A DNA stretch of 64,000 nt from Alphaproteobacteria bacterium. GTDB lineage: Bacteria > Pseudomonadota > Alphaproteobacteria > UBA828. This document shows positions 9,949-19,658 of this stretch, piece by piece. The position numbers were made by a program, and so were the translations under genes. The notes beneath the pieces were generated by a model. The model saw only the letters and a program-made list of their open reading frames with translations, made no database searches and had not been told where the DNA came from. The DNA is taken from NCBI GenBank assembly GCA_965214705.1, contig CBDCCI010000002.1:704001-768000 (forward strand), read 5' to 3'. The first letter of the stretch is position 1, and every line of letters begins with the position of its first letter.

Positions 9949-10254
9949 ATGAGCGATGAACGAGTAAGGATCGGCATGACGCCGCCGCACCCTGGCAGCT
10001 TCATCCGCACCGAAATTCTGGATGAGCTGGGTCTCACGGTCTCTCGCGCCGCCGACATTCTCGGCGTGCGGCGGGCAACACTTTCAGATCTAATCAACGG
10101 AAAAGCGAGCCTCTCACCGGAAATGGCGCTCAGGATCGAGAAAGCGTTCGGGGTTTCCATGGACACGCTCTTGCGCATGGGAGCCTGGTACGACAGCCAC
10201 GCGATGCGCCGCCGCGCCGACGAGATTGACGTCAAGCCCTACCAGTCTACCTAG
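9949..10254 (+). CDS. higA: HigA antitoxin (HTH)
   Basis: PPHPGSFIR...LSDLINGKASLSPEMALRIEKAFG. Confidence 0.92.
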   Translation: MSDERVRIGMTPPHPGSFIRTEILDELGLTVSRAADILGVRRATLSDLINGKASLSPEMALRIEKAFGVSMDTLLRMGAWYDSHAMRRRADEIDVKPYQST

Positions 10255-10299
10255 AAACTGAAGGCAACCCTGCAATAGCGTATGGTAGCGAGGCTTGGA

Positions 10300-10975
10300 A
10301 TAAATTACGTCAAGTACTCAAACGGAGCGACACGGTTTTGTTCATCGGTTCGTGAATTTCGACGTGGTCGGGCCTTCCCTCGTGCCTGGCGCGGTCGAAG
10401 AGTTGGCACGGTTTCTCGAGTCAGCTGGCGTCGATCCTGACCTCGTGAGGGCCGAAGCAAGAAAAGGCGATCTCGTCCAGGCGGCGAGCTACGGACTGGA
10501 CCGCTTGACGAAACAACAGATGGGTGAGTTCATCTGGAGTCCATGTCGGTGCGGGACAGCATGGCCAGAGGAAATCCATCGAAATATCGTCAACCTGGGA
10601 CCACGAGACTACGTCACCACCAACTACGACGACCTGATCGAACAGAGCCTTCGCAAGTGGCATGAGAGCCGACCCTTCCGAACGGTAATAAACCGTCACC
10701 TCACAGAGACGGCTGCCATCGCCCGGACACATGCCAGCGACTACGTGTTCAAGCCGCATGGAGACGCCGGCGACATGGACAGCATCATCATGTCGAGGGA
10801 GCAGTATCGGGCACTACTACCTCAGGGAGGCGATGCGGGCGTCCGGCAGCGCATGCTGCAACGGGTTTACCGCTCCACAAGATTCCGCAGCCCAAACAGG
10901 ACGTGCAAAAGCAACCTATGCCGGCTCCGACGGCGCGATGTGCACTACGATGCTGTCGCCGGTGTGAACGACTAG
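10300..10975 (+). pseudogene. SIR2-like domain protein, disrupted
   Basis: VLFIGS*ISTWSGLPS (nonsense codon 10353-10355), then a frameshift; VTTNYDDLIE and FKPHGD motifs follow; C-terminus appears truncated. Confidence 0.75.
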
Positions 10976-11343
10976 ACTAGGAATTCCAGCGGTCCGAGCG
11001 CGCCAATTGGGACCCTTAGCGCGGCGTCGGCGAAGCCGTCCGGCGGGGTCTTGCGGACGTTCTCGGGGGCGAGCCCGAGCCGGGGGAAGCGGAATCTGCG
11101 GATGCGCGATTCGGCCCTGGGGCGATGCGGTTCATGCCATTCTCCATCGGGGTTGCCTCGGCACGGCGGGGTCGGTCCGCCTGGCCGTCCTCAACGCCTG
11201 CCCCGATCCGACCCCTCCGGCTCCCGAAGGCGTCCCCGCGAGCCTGCGGCGCGAGGCTCAGTGAGACGGAGCCGGGTTTGAGCGAATAGCGGGTCTGGAC
11301 CGAGGGACATTCCCGGGTGGGCGGACCGGTCCAGTTGTGCTAG

Positions 11344-11492
11344 GGAACCTCTGATTTATCAGGGGTTCCCGTGGCACAGGGATGTGCCACCATTTTCGGT
11401 GGCTGTAAGTCGCTGAAAATGTGAGCAAAGCGGAAAGCGCGCTTCCGCCTTGCGCGTCTGAGAAATGCAGGAGGCACTTATTCAGACCTTCC
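11344..11492. mobile_element. 149-bp MITE, IS5-family-like ends (copy 1)
   Basis: Imperfect TIRs GGAACCTCTGATTTA...TATTCAGACCTTCC; flanked by a CTAG duplication (11340-11343, 11493-11496). Confidence 0.9.
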
Positions 11493-11505
11493 CTAGCTGT
11501 TGTTG

Positions 11506-11787
11506 ATGGCCGGACCGACCGGAAACATCGAGGCCGTCGCGCGCGCCGTGTGCGCGAAGAGATTGGCGCACGACGGCAAGACCGAGGAGCAGCTCGCCAC
11601 CGACGTGGAGATGTACAGGCATGTCGTCGCTTCCTATCTGGAAGCCGGCGTGATAGACGAATCCGGGCGAGAGGTCCGGGATCTGAGCTGGGACGAGAAG
11701 CTCGACATCACTGGAGACTGGCTTGGAAGGCTTCCTGAGTCCGCGGCGGCATGGCGGAACGCGCGGTGCGGGTCGACGCTAGCGTGA
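11506..11787 (+). CDS. Small hypothetical protein, probable first gene of the operon
   Basis: Its stop overlaps the next ATG (TGATG at 11785-11789). Confidence 0.55.
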   Translation: MAGPTGNIEAVARAVCAKRLAHDGKTEEQLATDVEMYRHVVASYLEAGVIDESGREVRDLSWDEKLDITGDWLGRLPESAAAWRNARCGSTLA

Positions 11788-13121
11788 TGGAGCGGCTGGC
11801 CATACGCGAGGTTCCGCGGCTGCGAGTGTCGAAAGAGGTTCGCAGGCCGAAGCAGTACGACCCGGCCAGGGAGTATCGCTTTCGCTACAAGTCGAAGAGG
11901 CACTCGCGACTTCCACATGTGGTGAAATTTTCGGGGGGCCGATCGAGCGGTATGCTGTTGTTCGCGCTTCTGGAAAACGGATTTCTCAATCAAGAACGAG
12001 GGGATGTCATTGTCTTCAACAACACGTCGGCGGAACATCCAGACACATACAGGTTTGTTGGGGACTGCATGCGGACAGCCCGGAACTATGGCATTCCATT
12101 CTTCCAGATAGAGTTCCAGACCTACGAGGATGCCTGGCGGGGCGAGTTTACGAGAATGCCCACGTACAGGCTTGTGAACGACCGGCCGAAGTCGGAGACG
12201 AACCCGGACGGGTTTCATTGGCGGGGCGAGGTGTTCGAAGAGCTGCTGTCCTGGAAGGGTTATGTGCCCAACAGGTTCCAGCGGATTTGCACACAGCATC
12301 TGAAGCTTGACGTTACGCGGAGTTTCCTGAGGGACTGGTTGGCCTCCAAACCGGCGATTCCGAGGCTGGGGCATTACGGGAATGGCTCAAGAATCGATGC
12401 GGACGCGACTTATCGGAGACATCGAGAGAACAGGGGTGAGGTGCCGCGAGAGATATTCGTCGACAAGCGTTCCTATGTTTGGGGACGACCGCATGCGAGG
12501 CCAGAGCAATGCTATCGGGATTTCTGCCCGGATTGGGTGCCGTTCGAGAACGAGGCCTTGAAAGGAAAGACGTTCGGTGACAGGGCGCGGTTCGGGAAGG
12601 GCGGCGTAGAGTATGTAGCGTTCATCGGGTTACGGGGCGACGAGCCTCATCGGATCGAGAGGGTGGAGACCCGGAACGAAGGCGATTCGGGTTACGAGGG
12701 TGAACATGTGTATATGCCGCTCGACGACATGGCGGTTACGCGGGATGACGTGAACAGGTTCTGGGAACGCCAGGACTGGGATCTGGCCCTGCCAAAGGAG
12801 ACGAGCCTGTCAAACTGCGTTTTCTGCTTCTTGAAGGGTTTGGGGAGTCTCCACGATATTCGAGATCGAATGGACGATGCGCAGAATGACAGTATCGAGG
12901 GTTTCGGGACGCTGGAAGAGACGCCGAGTGATCTGGCTTGGTGGGCGCGCGTTGAGTTGAAGTATGGGCGCGATCTGGAGGCGGAGGGGCGGCAGGTGCG
13001 CAGCAGCGCGACCCGGATCGGGTTCTTCGGAAGCGACAAGTTCACCTATGCGGACGTGGCGGAAGGTTCGGTTCCGGGCGAGCTGACCGAAGGCATGTTG
13101 CCGTGCGATTGCACGGAATGA
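11787..13121 (+). CDS. PP-loop adenine-nucleotide alpha-hydrolase (PAPS-reductase/DndC-like), Cys-rich, probable Fe-S
   Basis: FSGGRSSG PP-loop, FNNTSAEH, RICTQHLK, IGLRGDE..R, SNCVFCFLK, terminal PCDCTE. Alternative start at 11751. Confidence 0.85.
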   Translation: MERLAIREVPRLRVSKEVRRPKQYDPAREYRFRYKSKRHSRLPHVVKFSGGRSSGMLLFALLENGFLNQERGDVIVFNNTSAEHPDTYRFVGDCMRTARNYGIPFFQIEFQTYEDAWRGEFTRMPTYRLVNDRPKSETNPDGFHWRGEVFEELLSWKGYVPNRFQRICTQHLKLDVTRSFLRDWLASKPAIPRLGHYGNGSRIDADATYRRHRENRGEVPREIFVDKRSYVWGRPHARPEQCYRDFCPDWVPFENEALKGKTFGDRARFGKGGVEYVAFIGLRGDEPHRIERVETRNEGDSGYEGEHVYMPLDDMAVTRDDVNRFWERQDWDLALPKETSLSNCVFCFLKGLGSLHDIRDRMDDAQNDSIEGFGTLEETPSDLAWWARVELKYGRDLEAEGRQVRSSATRIGFFGSDKFTYADVAEGSVPGELTEGMLPCDCTE

Positions 13122-14269
13122 CGCCGAGACCGATCTACCTCGACAATCAGGCGACCACACCAATGGACCCGTCGGTGCGCGAGGCCATGTGGCCTTGGTT
13201 GTGCGGGCAATTCGGGAATCCTCATTCGCGCGATCACGGGTTCGGCTGGGAGGCCTCTCAAGCGGTCCGGGAGGCGCGCGCGAGGGTCGCGCAGTTGGTC
13301 AATGCTGATGACGACGAGATCGTGTTCACGTCAGGGGCGACGGAGTCCTGCAACCTAGCGCTGCGCGGCGTGGCTGGGCAGCAAAGAAACGGAGAGCGGA
13401 GCCGTATTGTCACGGTATCGACCGAACACCCAGCCGTCATGGAGACGGTTCACGACCTGGGCAGGTCCGGGTTCGACGCGGTTGTACTGCCCGTCAGAGC
13501 GAATGGCCTGATCGATTTGTCGGAGTTGGAAGAGGCAACCGACGAGCGGACCTTACTGGTGTCGGTGATGGCCGTGAATAACGAGATCGGCGTAGTGCAG
13601 CCTCTGTCCCAAATAGCGAAGCGATGCCGAGAAGTGGGGGCGCTGTTCCATACGGATGCGACCCAGGCGGCAGGAAGATTAGGAATCGACGTAGAGGAAT
13701 GGGACGTGGACCTGCTGAGTCTTTCGGGGCACAAGGTTTACGGGCCGAAAGGCGTTGGCGCACTGTTCGTACGATCCGGCGTCGATTTGAGAGCGATTAT
13801 TACGGGCGGAGGTCAGGAAAGGGGGCTGAGAGGGGGGACGCTGCCTGTCCCGCTCGTGGTCGGGTTGGGCAAGTCCTGCGAAATGGCGTTGGAGAAGCAG
13901 GCCGATGATTGCGAGAGGATGCACACCTTGGCCGGGCGGCTCTACGCCTCGCTTCTCGACATTCGTCCAGACATGCGTCTGTTCGGGGACATGGACAAGC
14001 GCATCGCCGGGAACCTGAGCATAGGGTTCCCGGGGGTCTTGGCGGAGGAGGTGATTGCAGCGGTTTCGGATCGACTGGCCGTTTCAAGCGGTTCGGCGTG
14101 TTCGTCTACGAGCCTGGAGCCGTCGCGGGTGTTGATGGCTCTCGGCTTCGATGAAGAAACGGCTGTGACAGGGCTCAGGATAAGTCTGGGTCGGTTCACG
14201 ACGGACGAGGATATTGACGAAGCGGTGTCTGTTCTGACCAATTCAAAGATCATTTCCCGTAGAAATTGA
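13118..14269 (+). CDS. Cysteine desulfurase (IscS/NifS/DndA class)
   Basis: YLDNQATT, FHTDATQ, SGHKVYGPKG (PLP lysine), SSGSACSS (catalytic Cys). ATGA overlap with the upstream gene. Confidence 0.95.
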   Translation: MTPRPIYLDNQATTPMDPSVREAMWPWLCGQFGNPHSRDHGFGWEASQAVREARARVAQLVNADDDEIVFTSGATESCNLALRGVAGQQRNGERSRIVTVSTEHPAVMETVHDLGRSGFDAVVLPVRANGLIDLSELEEATDERTLLVSVMAVNNEIGVVQPLSQIAKRCREVGALFHTDATQAAGRLGIDVEEWDVDLLSLSGHKVYGPKGVGALFVRSGVDLRAIITGGGQERGLRGGTLPVPLVVGLGKSCEMALEKQADDCERMHTLAGRLYASLLDIRPDMRLFGDMDKRIAGNLSIGFPGVLAEEVIAAVSDRLAVSSGSACSSTSLEPSRVLMALGFDEETAVTGLRISLGRFTTDEDIDEAVSVLTNSKIISRRN

Positions 14270-16398
14270 AAGCCATGACAAGGAAAGAGCCTGACCTGCG
14301 CTTCGGTCCGGGAAGCAGCGGGGGTTTCACACCGGCCGGTATCGCGGCCTTCGACAATCTTCGCCCTGCGGCCGTGGTTCGCGAGTTGATTCAGAACGGT
14401 CTGGATGCTGCCAAGAACGCAGACGAGCGGCCGGCTGTCGTGACGTTCAGGCTGGAGCGGAGGCCGCTGGCTTCGATACCGGGTATCGAGAGCTACAGAC
14501 GGGCGTTCAGGAAGGCAGTGGAACGGCAGCGCGAAATGGCCGATGGATCACTGCCGGATCAGGCGGAACTTGTCGTCGCACGGATGACCGATGCGCTCGA
14601 TAGCCAAGAACTGGATTTCCTGACCGTAATGGACAACGGCATTGGGCTGAACGAGCAACGCATGAACGCGTTGCTGAGCGACGGCGTAAGCGTGAAGCCA
14701 GGCGGGGCAACCGGCACGTATGGAAATGGGCATTCGACGGCCATTCCCGTGTCAGATCTCAGATACGTGCTGTACGGGGGCATTTCGGATGGCGGACTGC
14801 GGATCGGATCCGGACATGCGGTTCTCGCGTCTCATGTGGAGGCAGGGGATCGGTATCTGCGCGGCGGCGACGGGTTCTATATCAGGGATTTCGCAGCAGG
14901 CCGCGGCACGCTCTACGACTATGCCCGAAACGGAGAACTGCCGGAGCTGATCGAGGAGGCGTTGGCGGACGTTCGGGAGGCTTGGGGTCGGGGGACAGCG
15001 GTCATCATTCCTGCATTCAACAATTTCCTGGAAGACGAGACACTCTGGGAAATGGTCTCGCATGCTGCGTCGGCGAACTTCTTTGTAGCGATCGATGACG
15101 GCGATCTCGAGGTGGTTGTGGAGGACAGGCGGCCGGGGACAGACAGCGAGAAATGGATAGTGGACAAGGCCCGGCTGGCGTCGGTGCTCGTGACTCACAA
15201 GGAAAAGCGGCGGGCCAGGGCCTTCCTGAACGGGAAGAGGGCATTCGAGGGATACGAGGCCTATCGAAGAGGCAAACGCCAGACGGTGACGACGAGCGCA
15301 GGGAAGATCGGAATTTCCTTGAAGCAGGACGTTAAGGAACCTCTGATTTATCAGGGGTTCCCGTGGCACAGGGATGTGCCACCATTTTCGGTGGCTGTAA
15401 GTCACTGAAAATGTGAGCAAAGCGGAAAGCGCGCTTCCGCCTTGCGCGTCTGAGAAATGCAGGAGGCACTTATTCAGACCTTCCTTAAGGGGATGACGCG
15501 GGTCGACCTGTTTCGCAACGGGATGTGGGTTACAGACAGGATTCCTGGGTTCTACCAGAAGTTCACGGATCGAGTGCCGTTCCATGCGGTGCTCTCGCTC
15601 GATGCCGAGCAGGGTCGCGATCTGCACGACTGGATTCGGATTGCTGAGGGGCCCTTGCATGACGCGATCATCGTGAAGCGATTGCCGCGGGCTAGGCGGA
15701 CAGCCTGCTATCAGGCGCTCAGAGAAGTGGTTGACTGGCTCTGTGCGAACACGGAAACAGTATCCTCGGACGAGTACATGTCGCCGGATTTCCTGACGCT
15801 CGACTTCGGGGATGAGGAAGGCGGCGGGACCGGTCGGGTGCGGAAAGGACGGTTCTGGGGAGCACCAGTTCCTGTCGGCCGGGCGCCTGCGCGCCAAGTG
15901 CCGTTGTTTCGGGTGGACCCGGACTCGGAAGAGACGGAAGAGAGGGAGGAACGCCAAAACCGAAAACGTCGCGAGCGCGACAGGGAACGGAGGCATGATC
16001 GTCAGCGACAGCGGCCTTCCCTGCCCAGGTTTTTTCAGGCTGCATCCTGCCCGACGGGAGAGAACAGGCGCCGGATTGTTGTTGAGTGCGCGCGCGACTA
16101 CGCGAATGCCGAGTTACGGCTGGTGGTCGATGAAGCACTGGATGCGACATGCGAAAGGCACGGCCAGGATGGGTACGCGCCAGCGGTCCTGAGCGGGGTC
16201 ACAATCGATGGCAGGGCTGTGAATAACAGAGAGCTTGTACGCTGGGACGACAAGGTGGTGGGAGTAAGGTTGGGAGACCTCATCGCCGGCAGGTCGGTGG
16301 AGGTGGAGGCCGATTACAGGCTGGATGGCGAGTTTGCGGACTTGCTCACACCTTCGCTCAGGGTTGAGGTTTTCGCCGGGGAGAAGGACGAGGGCTAA
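14266..16398 (+). pseudogene. GHKL (HSP90/MutL/MORC-like) ATPase domain protein interrupted by the MITE; ~659 aa when restored
   Basis: RELIQNGLDA, DNGIGL, GATGTYGNG, GTAVII. Removing the MITE plus one TTAA (153 bp) joins ...KQDVK to GMTRVDLFRNGMW in frame. Confidence 0.8.
15336..15484. mobile_element. 149-bp MITE (copy 2)
   Basis: Nearly identical to copy 1 (one visible substitution); TTAA duplication at 15332-15335 and 15485-15488. Confidence 0.92.
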
Positions 16399-16429
16399 GG
16401 CGTCTGCGTTCGTCTCGAATGGGGGGAGG

Positions 16430-17306
16430 ATGAGAAAGCCGTACTCAATTGTTGCGGTTGAGCCCGGGCCGTCGAATGCGATCAGGGCGCATCAGCACCC
16501 GATTCTGGAGCCAGGCAATCTGTCGTTTCCGCAAGGTCGATACGAGCTTGAATTCCTGCCTGGCGAGGATCGGGGGTCTTTTGAGGTGACGCATCTTGTT
16601 AGCGGGGCGCCTCTGATTACGCGGATGCTCGAAGAAACAGAAGCGCAGTGCGTCTGCATAGTGTCCTCACCGATCTCGTCGTATCGAAAAACACACATGT
16701 CGTCGACGGCACGGCAGAAAGTGAGCTGGGACGCGGAGGAACTAGGAGAGCCGCCATTATTTACGCCGATGATTGTATGCGCGGAAGCGCGCGACGTTGT
16801 GCTCAGCTCGTCCCGGGATGGCGTTCATAAGGTATGGGATGGCCAGAGTATATCGTTTCATCGGGGCTCAAGGCTGGCCCTTGGCGAGGTCATACGTTTG
16901 GAATCGTCGATCTTGCAATTGCTGTCGTTGCACGAGATGCCGGGGTTGAAGGATGGCCAGTTCGAGGTCGACATCGAAACAGAGCCGTTCAGGTTCCGGG
17001 TGAACATGAGCAGCTCGCTTCACCGGTTCCTGCGGCATCGAGAGGATGCGCATCGCTGGAATATCATGACGCACATCGTAACTGCATGCCTCGCTAGACT
17101 TCAGAAGGATCATGAGGCGGACGACGGTGAGAGCGGTTGGCAGTCGCATCGAAACCTGAAGGCATTTGCGGATTATCTGGAAGTCAACGGGCTAGAGCAT
17201 TGGACGGATTGCGGAGTTTCGCCCTGAAAAGGTGGCGACGGCGCTCTATCCGCACCTCATGCCGGAGTCAGGTTTCGGCGAAGCTGGCGTGAGCGAAGAA
17301 CAATGA
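16430..17306 (+). pseudogene. Hypothetical protein with probable 1-bp frameshift near 17209
   Basis: The ORF stops at 17227, but the shifted frame continues EFRPEKVATALYPHL...SEEQ* to a TGA overlapping the next ATG (ATGA 17303-17306). Could be a sequencing error. Confidence 0.65.
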
Positions 17307-18175
17307 GGGTGCTGGAGAGCCTTAAGGAACTGCGCGACAGTGACTATACGCGGTTCCGGAAAAGTCTGTTGAGGGTCAAGGGAAGCGACCTACAGAGAGA
17401 TTTTCTTGTAGAGGTGCGTTCGGGTGATGGTTTCCTGGAGAGACTTGGGCAGGTCGAAACGATAGGGACCAGGGAAGCCGAGCTGCTGCCCGAGCCGTTG
17501 ACGGAGCCGATGTTCAAGGAACCGCCGGCAGATACCGAGCGGATGTTGTATTCGTCCTGGTCGGCCGTCGCGCCAGCTCTGGCCTGTCGGTCGACCTTCT
17601 GGGCAGCGGTTACGCTCAACCATGTGCGGCATGGGCTTATTGATTCGGCATTTCTGGCGGCGAACGGAGGGAATCTCCCGGGGGGAGCGGAGCGCATCGA
17701 CTTTGCGCTGAATGACGTATCGAACAGCGGCCCGCAGCGGATAGATAACTGCGTGAGGACGGTGCTTCGGCGGCTGGGCGGGCTTCCGGAGGTACGAGGC
17801 AATCGTTCGGTGTACGTGGATTGCCCGTTCGCCAGGGCCTGGTGGCGCGAACGAATGATCGAACAGGCCTCAGCGGGCCGGGACGAAGTGGCGCAAAGCA
17901 TTCGGGCGGCATTTCGCTTCAGTCAGACCTATTGGGAGAAATTCATCGATCGGATTGTGTTCCGGAATTCGACATTCGGGTCGGAGAATATCCGGAGTTC
18001 CTTCGTGCGCGCACTTGCAGGGGCGCTACGGGACCATCCAGGTTCGGCACTGGAAAGTACCGAGGGCCTGCAGCGGGCCTGTCGACGGGCGACTGCATAT
18101 CAAGGGGGTCGGGAACTGAGCATTCTGGCGGATGACGAGCTGGACGAACTGATGAGGTGTGTCGTTCGATTGTGA
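17303..18175 (+). CDS. Hypothetical protein, possibly DUF6339-like
   Basis: 290-aa coupled ORF with FWAAVTLNH and PFARAWW motifs. Family assignment is from memory and unverified. Confidence 0.6.
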   Translation: MRVLESLKELRDSDYTRFRKSLLRVKGSDLQRDFLVEVRSGDGFLERLGQVETIGTREAELLPEPLTEPMFKEPPADTERMLYSSWSAVAPALACRSTFWAAVTLNHVRHGLIDSAFLAANGGNLPGGAERIDFALNDVSNSGPQRIDNCVRTVLRRLGGLPEVRGNRSVYVDCPFARAWWRERMIEQASAGRDEVAQSIRAAFRFSQTYWEKFIDRIVFRNSTFGSENIRSSFVRALAGALRDHPGSALESTEGLQRACRRATAYQGGRELSILADDELDELMRCVVRL

Positions 18176-18237
18176 TCGACGTTGGGCATGCGGTTGAGTT
18201 CTTTTGCCCAATCACAGCTAGATCGGAGTCTTCTTTC

Positions 18238-19572
18238 ATGAGCTGGAACGAGCGACGCGAACCATGGTCCTCGCAAGATGACGACGCGAGGTCGCAGTTC
18301 GACATGGACTACGCGCGAATAGTCCATTCCGCATCATTTCGGAGACTACAGGGTAAGACTCAAATCCTAAACCTCGGCGACAGCGACTTCTACAGAACAC
18401 GGCTTACCCACTCTTTGGAAGTTGCACAAATTGCAGGGGGAATAGTTCAACAGTTGAGAAAAGATTGCGTGAACCATGAAGCACGTTCGCTGTTGCCAGA
18501 GCATAGTCTCATCCAAACGATTGGCTTTGCCCACGATTTGGGTCACCCGCCTTTTGGCCACGGCGGCGAAGTTGCGCTAAATTACTGCATGCGAAATGAC
18601 GGCGGATTTGAAGGCAACGGTCAAACACTCCGTATCCTTTCTAAACTGGAGACTTTTTCCAAGAACAATGGCGCAAATCTGACACGACGCACTCTGCTAG
18701 GCTTGCTAAAGTACCCTGTTTCCTATAGTAGGGCTTCCGCAGAAGTGGAACAAGGGGATATGGAAACACCTGGGTCGTCTATCAAGATCATTGATAGACG
18801 ACGGTTTAAGCCACCCAAGTGCTTTTTGGATACCGAGGAAAGCGTGGTTAGGTGGATTTTGGAACCGCTGAGTCAGAACGATCGAAACACTTTTCTACAA
18901 ACGATCAAGGGGAATGATGGGGATCGTAAACCAGTACACAAGTCCTTCGACTGCACCATCATGGACGTTGCTGATGATATTGCATATGGCGTTCACGACC
19001 TGGAGGATGCAATTGAACTTGACTTGATATCGGAAAACAACTTCAGATGTTTGGTTCATGAGAAAGAATGTGTAACATTTCTGCGGTCTTTAGAACAACG
19101 ATATCCAGAGGAACCGACGGATTACGATTTTCTCGTGAAGAACTTGTTCAAAGAAAGAGCTACCCGCAAGCGTTATATTTCTCGATTAGTGCATCATTTT
19201 ATAGCGGACGTAAAGATGGGGGTCCAAGACAAGTTTTCCGACCCTCTCTTGCAATACCGGACCGGTCTCGATCCGGAGTCGACTACTTTTCTGAACGCAT
19301 TGAAAAGACTGATCCACGAAAGGGTCATCATGAGCCCCAGAGTTCAGCATCTCGAATTCAAAGGACAGCAGATGGTCGTGTCAGTGTTCGAGGCCTTGCA
19401 ATCCGATCCAAAGTCACTTGTACCGCGCGATGCCTTCCCCAATGTAAAGGGCGGAGAGTTGAATGATCGCTACATTTGCGATTATGTCGCTGCGATGACG
19501 GACGGGTCTCTTCTGAAGACATACGAGAGGCTCTTTAGCCCAAGAATGGGATCGGTTTTTGATCGACTATGA
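18238..19572 (+). CDS. dgt: dGTP triphosphohydrolase (HD family), probable anti-phage type
   Basis: FRRLQGKTQ, RTRLTHSLEVAQ, AHDLGHPPFGHGGE, FEGNGQT, DVADDIAYGVHDLED; lower GC than flanks. Confidence 0.93.
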   Translation: MSWNERREPWSSQDDDARSQFDMDYARIVHSASFRRLQGKTQILNLGDSDFYRTRLTHSLEVAQIAGGIVQQLRKDCVNHEARSLLPEHSLIQTIGFAHDLGHPPFGHGGEVALNYCMRNDGGFEGNGQTLRILSKLETFSKNNGANLTRRTLLGLLKYPVSYSRASAEVEQGDMETPGSSIKIIDRRRFKPPKCFLDTEESVVRWILEPLSQNDRNTFLQTIKGNDGDRKPVHKSFDCTIMDVADDIAYGVHDLEDAIELDLISENNFRCLVHEKECVTFLRSLEQRYPEEPTDYDFLVKNLFKERATRKRYISRLVHHFIADVKMGVQDKFSDPLLQYRTGLDPESTTFLNALKRLIHERVIMSPRVQHLEFKGQQMVVSVFEALQSDPKSLVPRDAFPNVKGGELNDRYICDYVAAMTDGSLLKTYERLFSPRMGSVFDRL

Positions 19573-19658
19573 ATGTACAGATAGGACAATCGCCCTCTGT
19601 CGTCGAGTTCGTTGAGGGCTGGCTGGTCCACGAGTTGAACGGTGTACTAGCGGCGCGG

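Noticed and set aside
11787-14269. Housekeeping cysH or isc/suf sulfur metabolism
   Set aside because: No cysDN/cysIJ or iscU/iscA/suf neighbours; the PP-loop protein is much longer than CysH and sits on an island.
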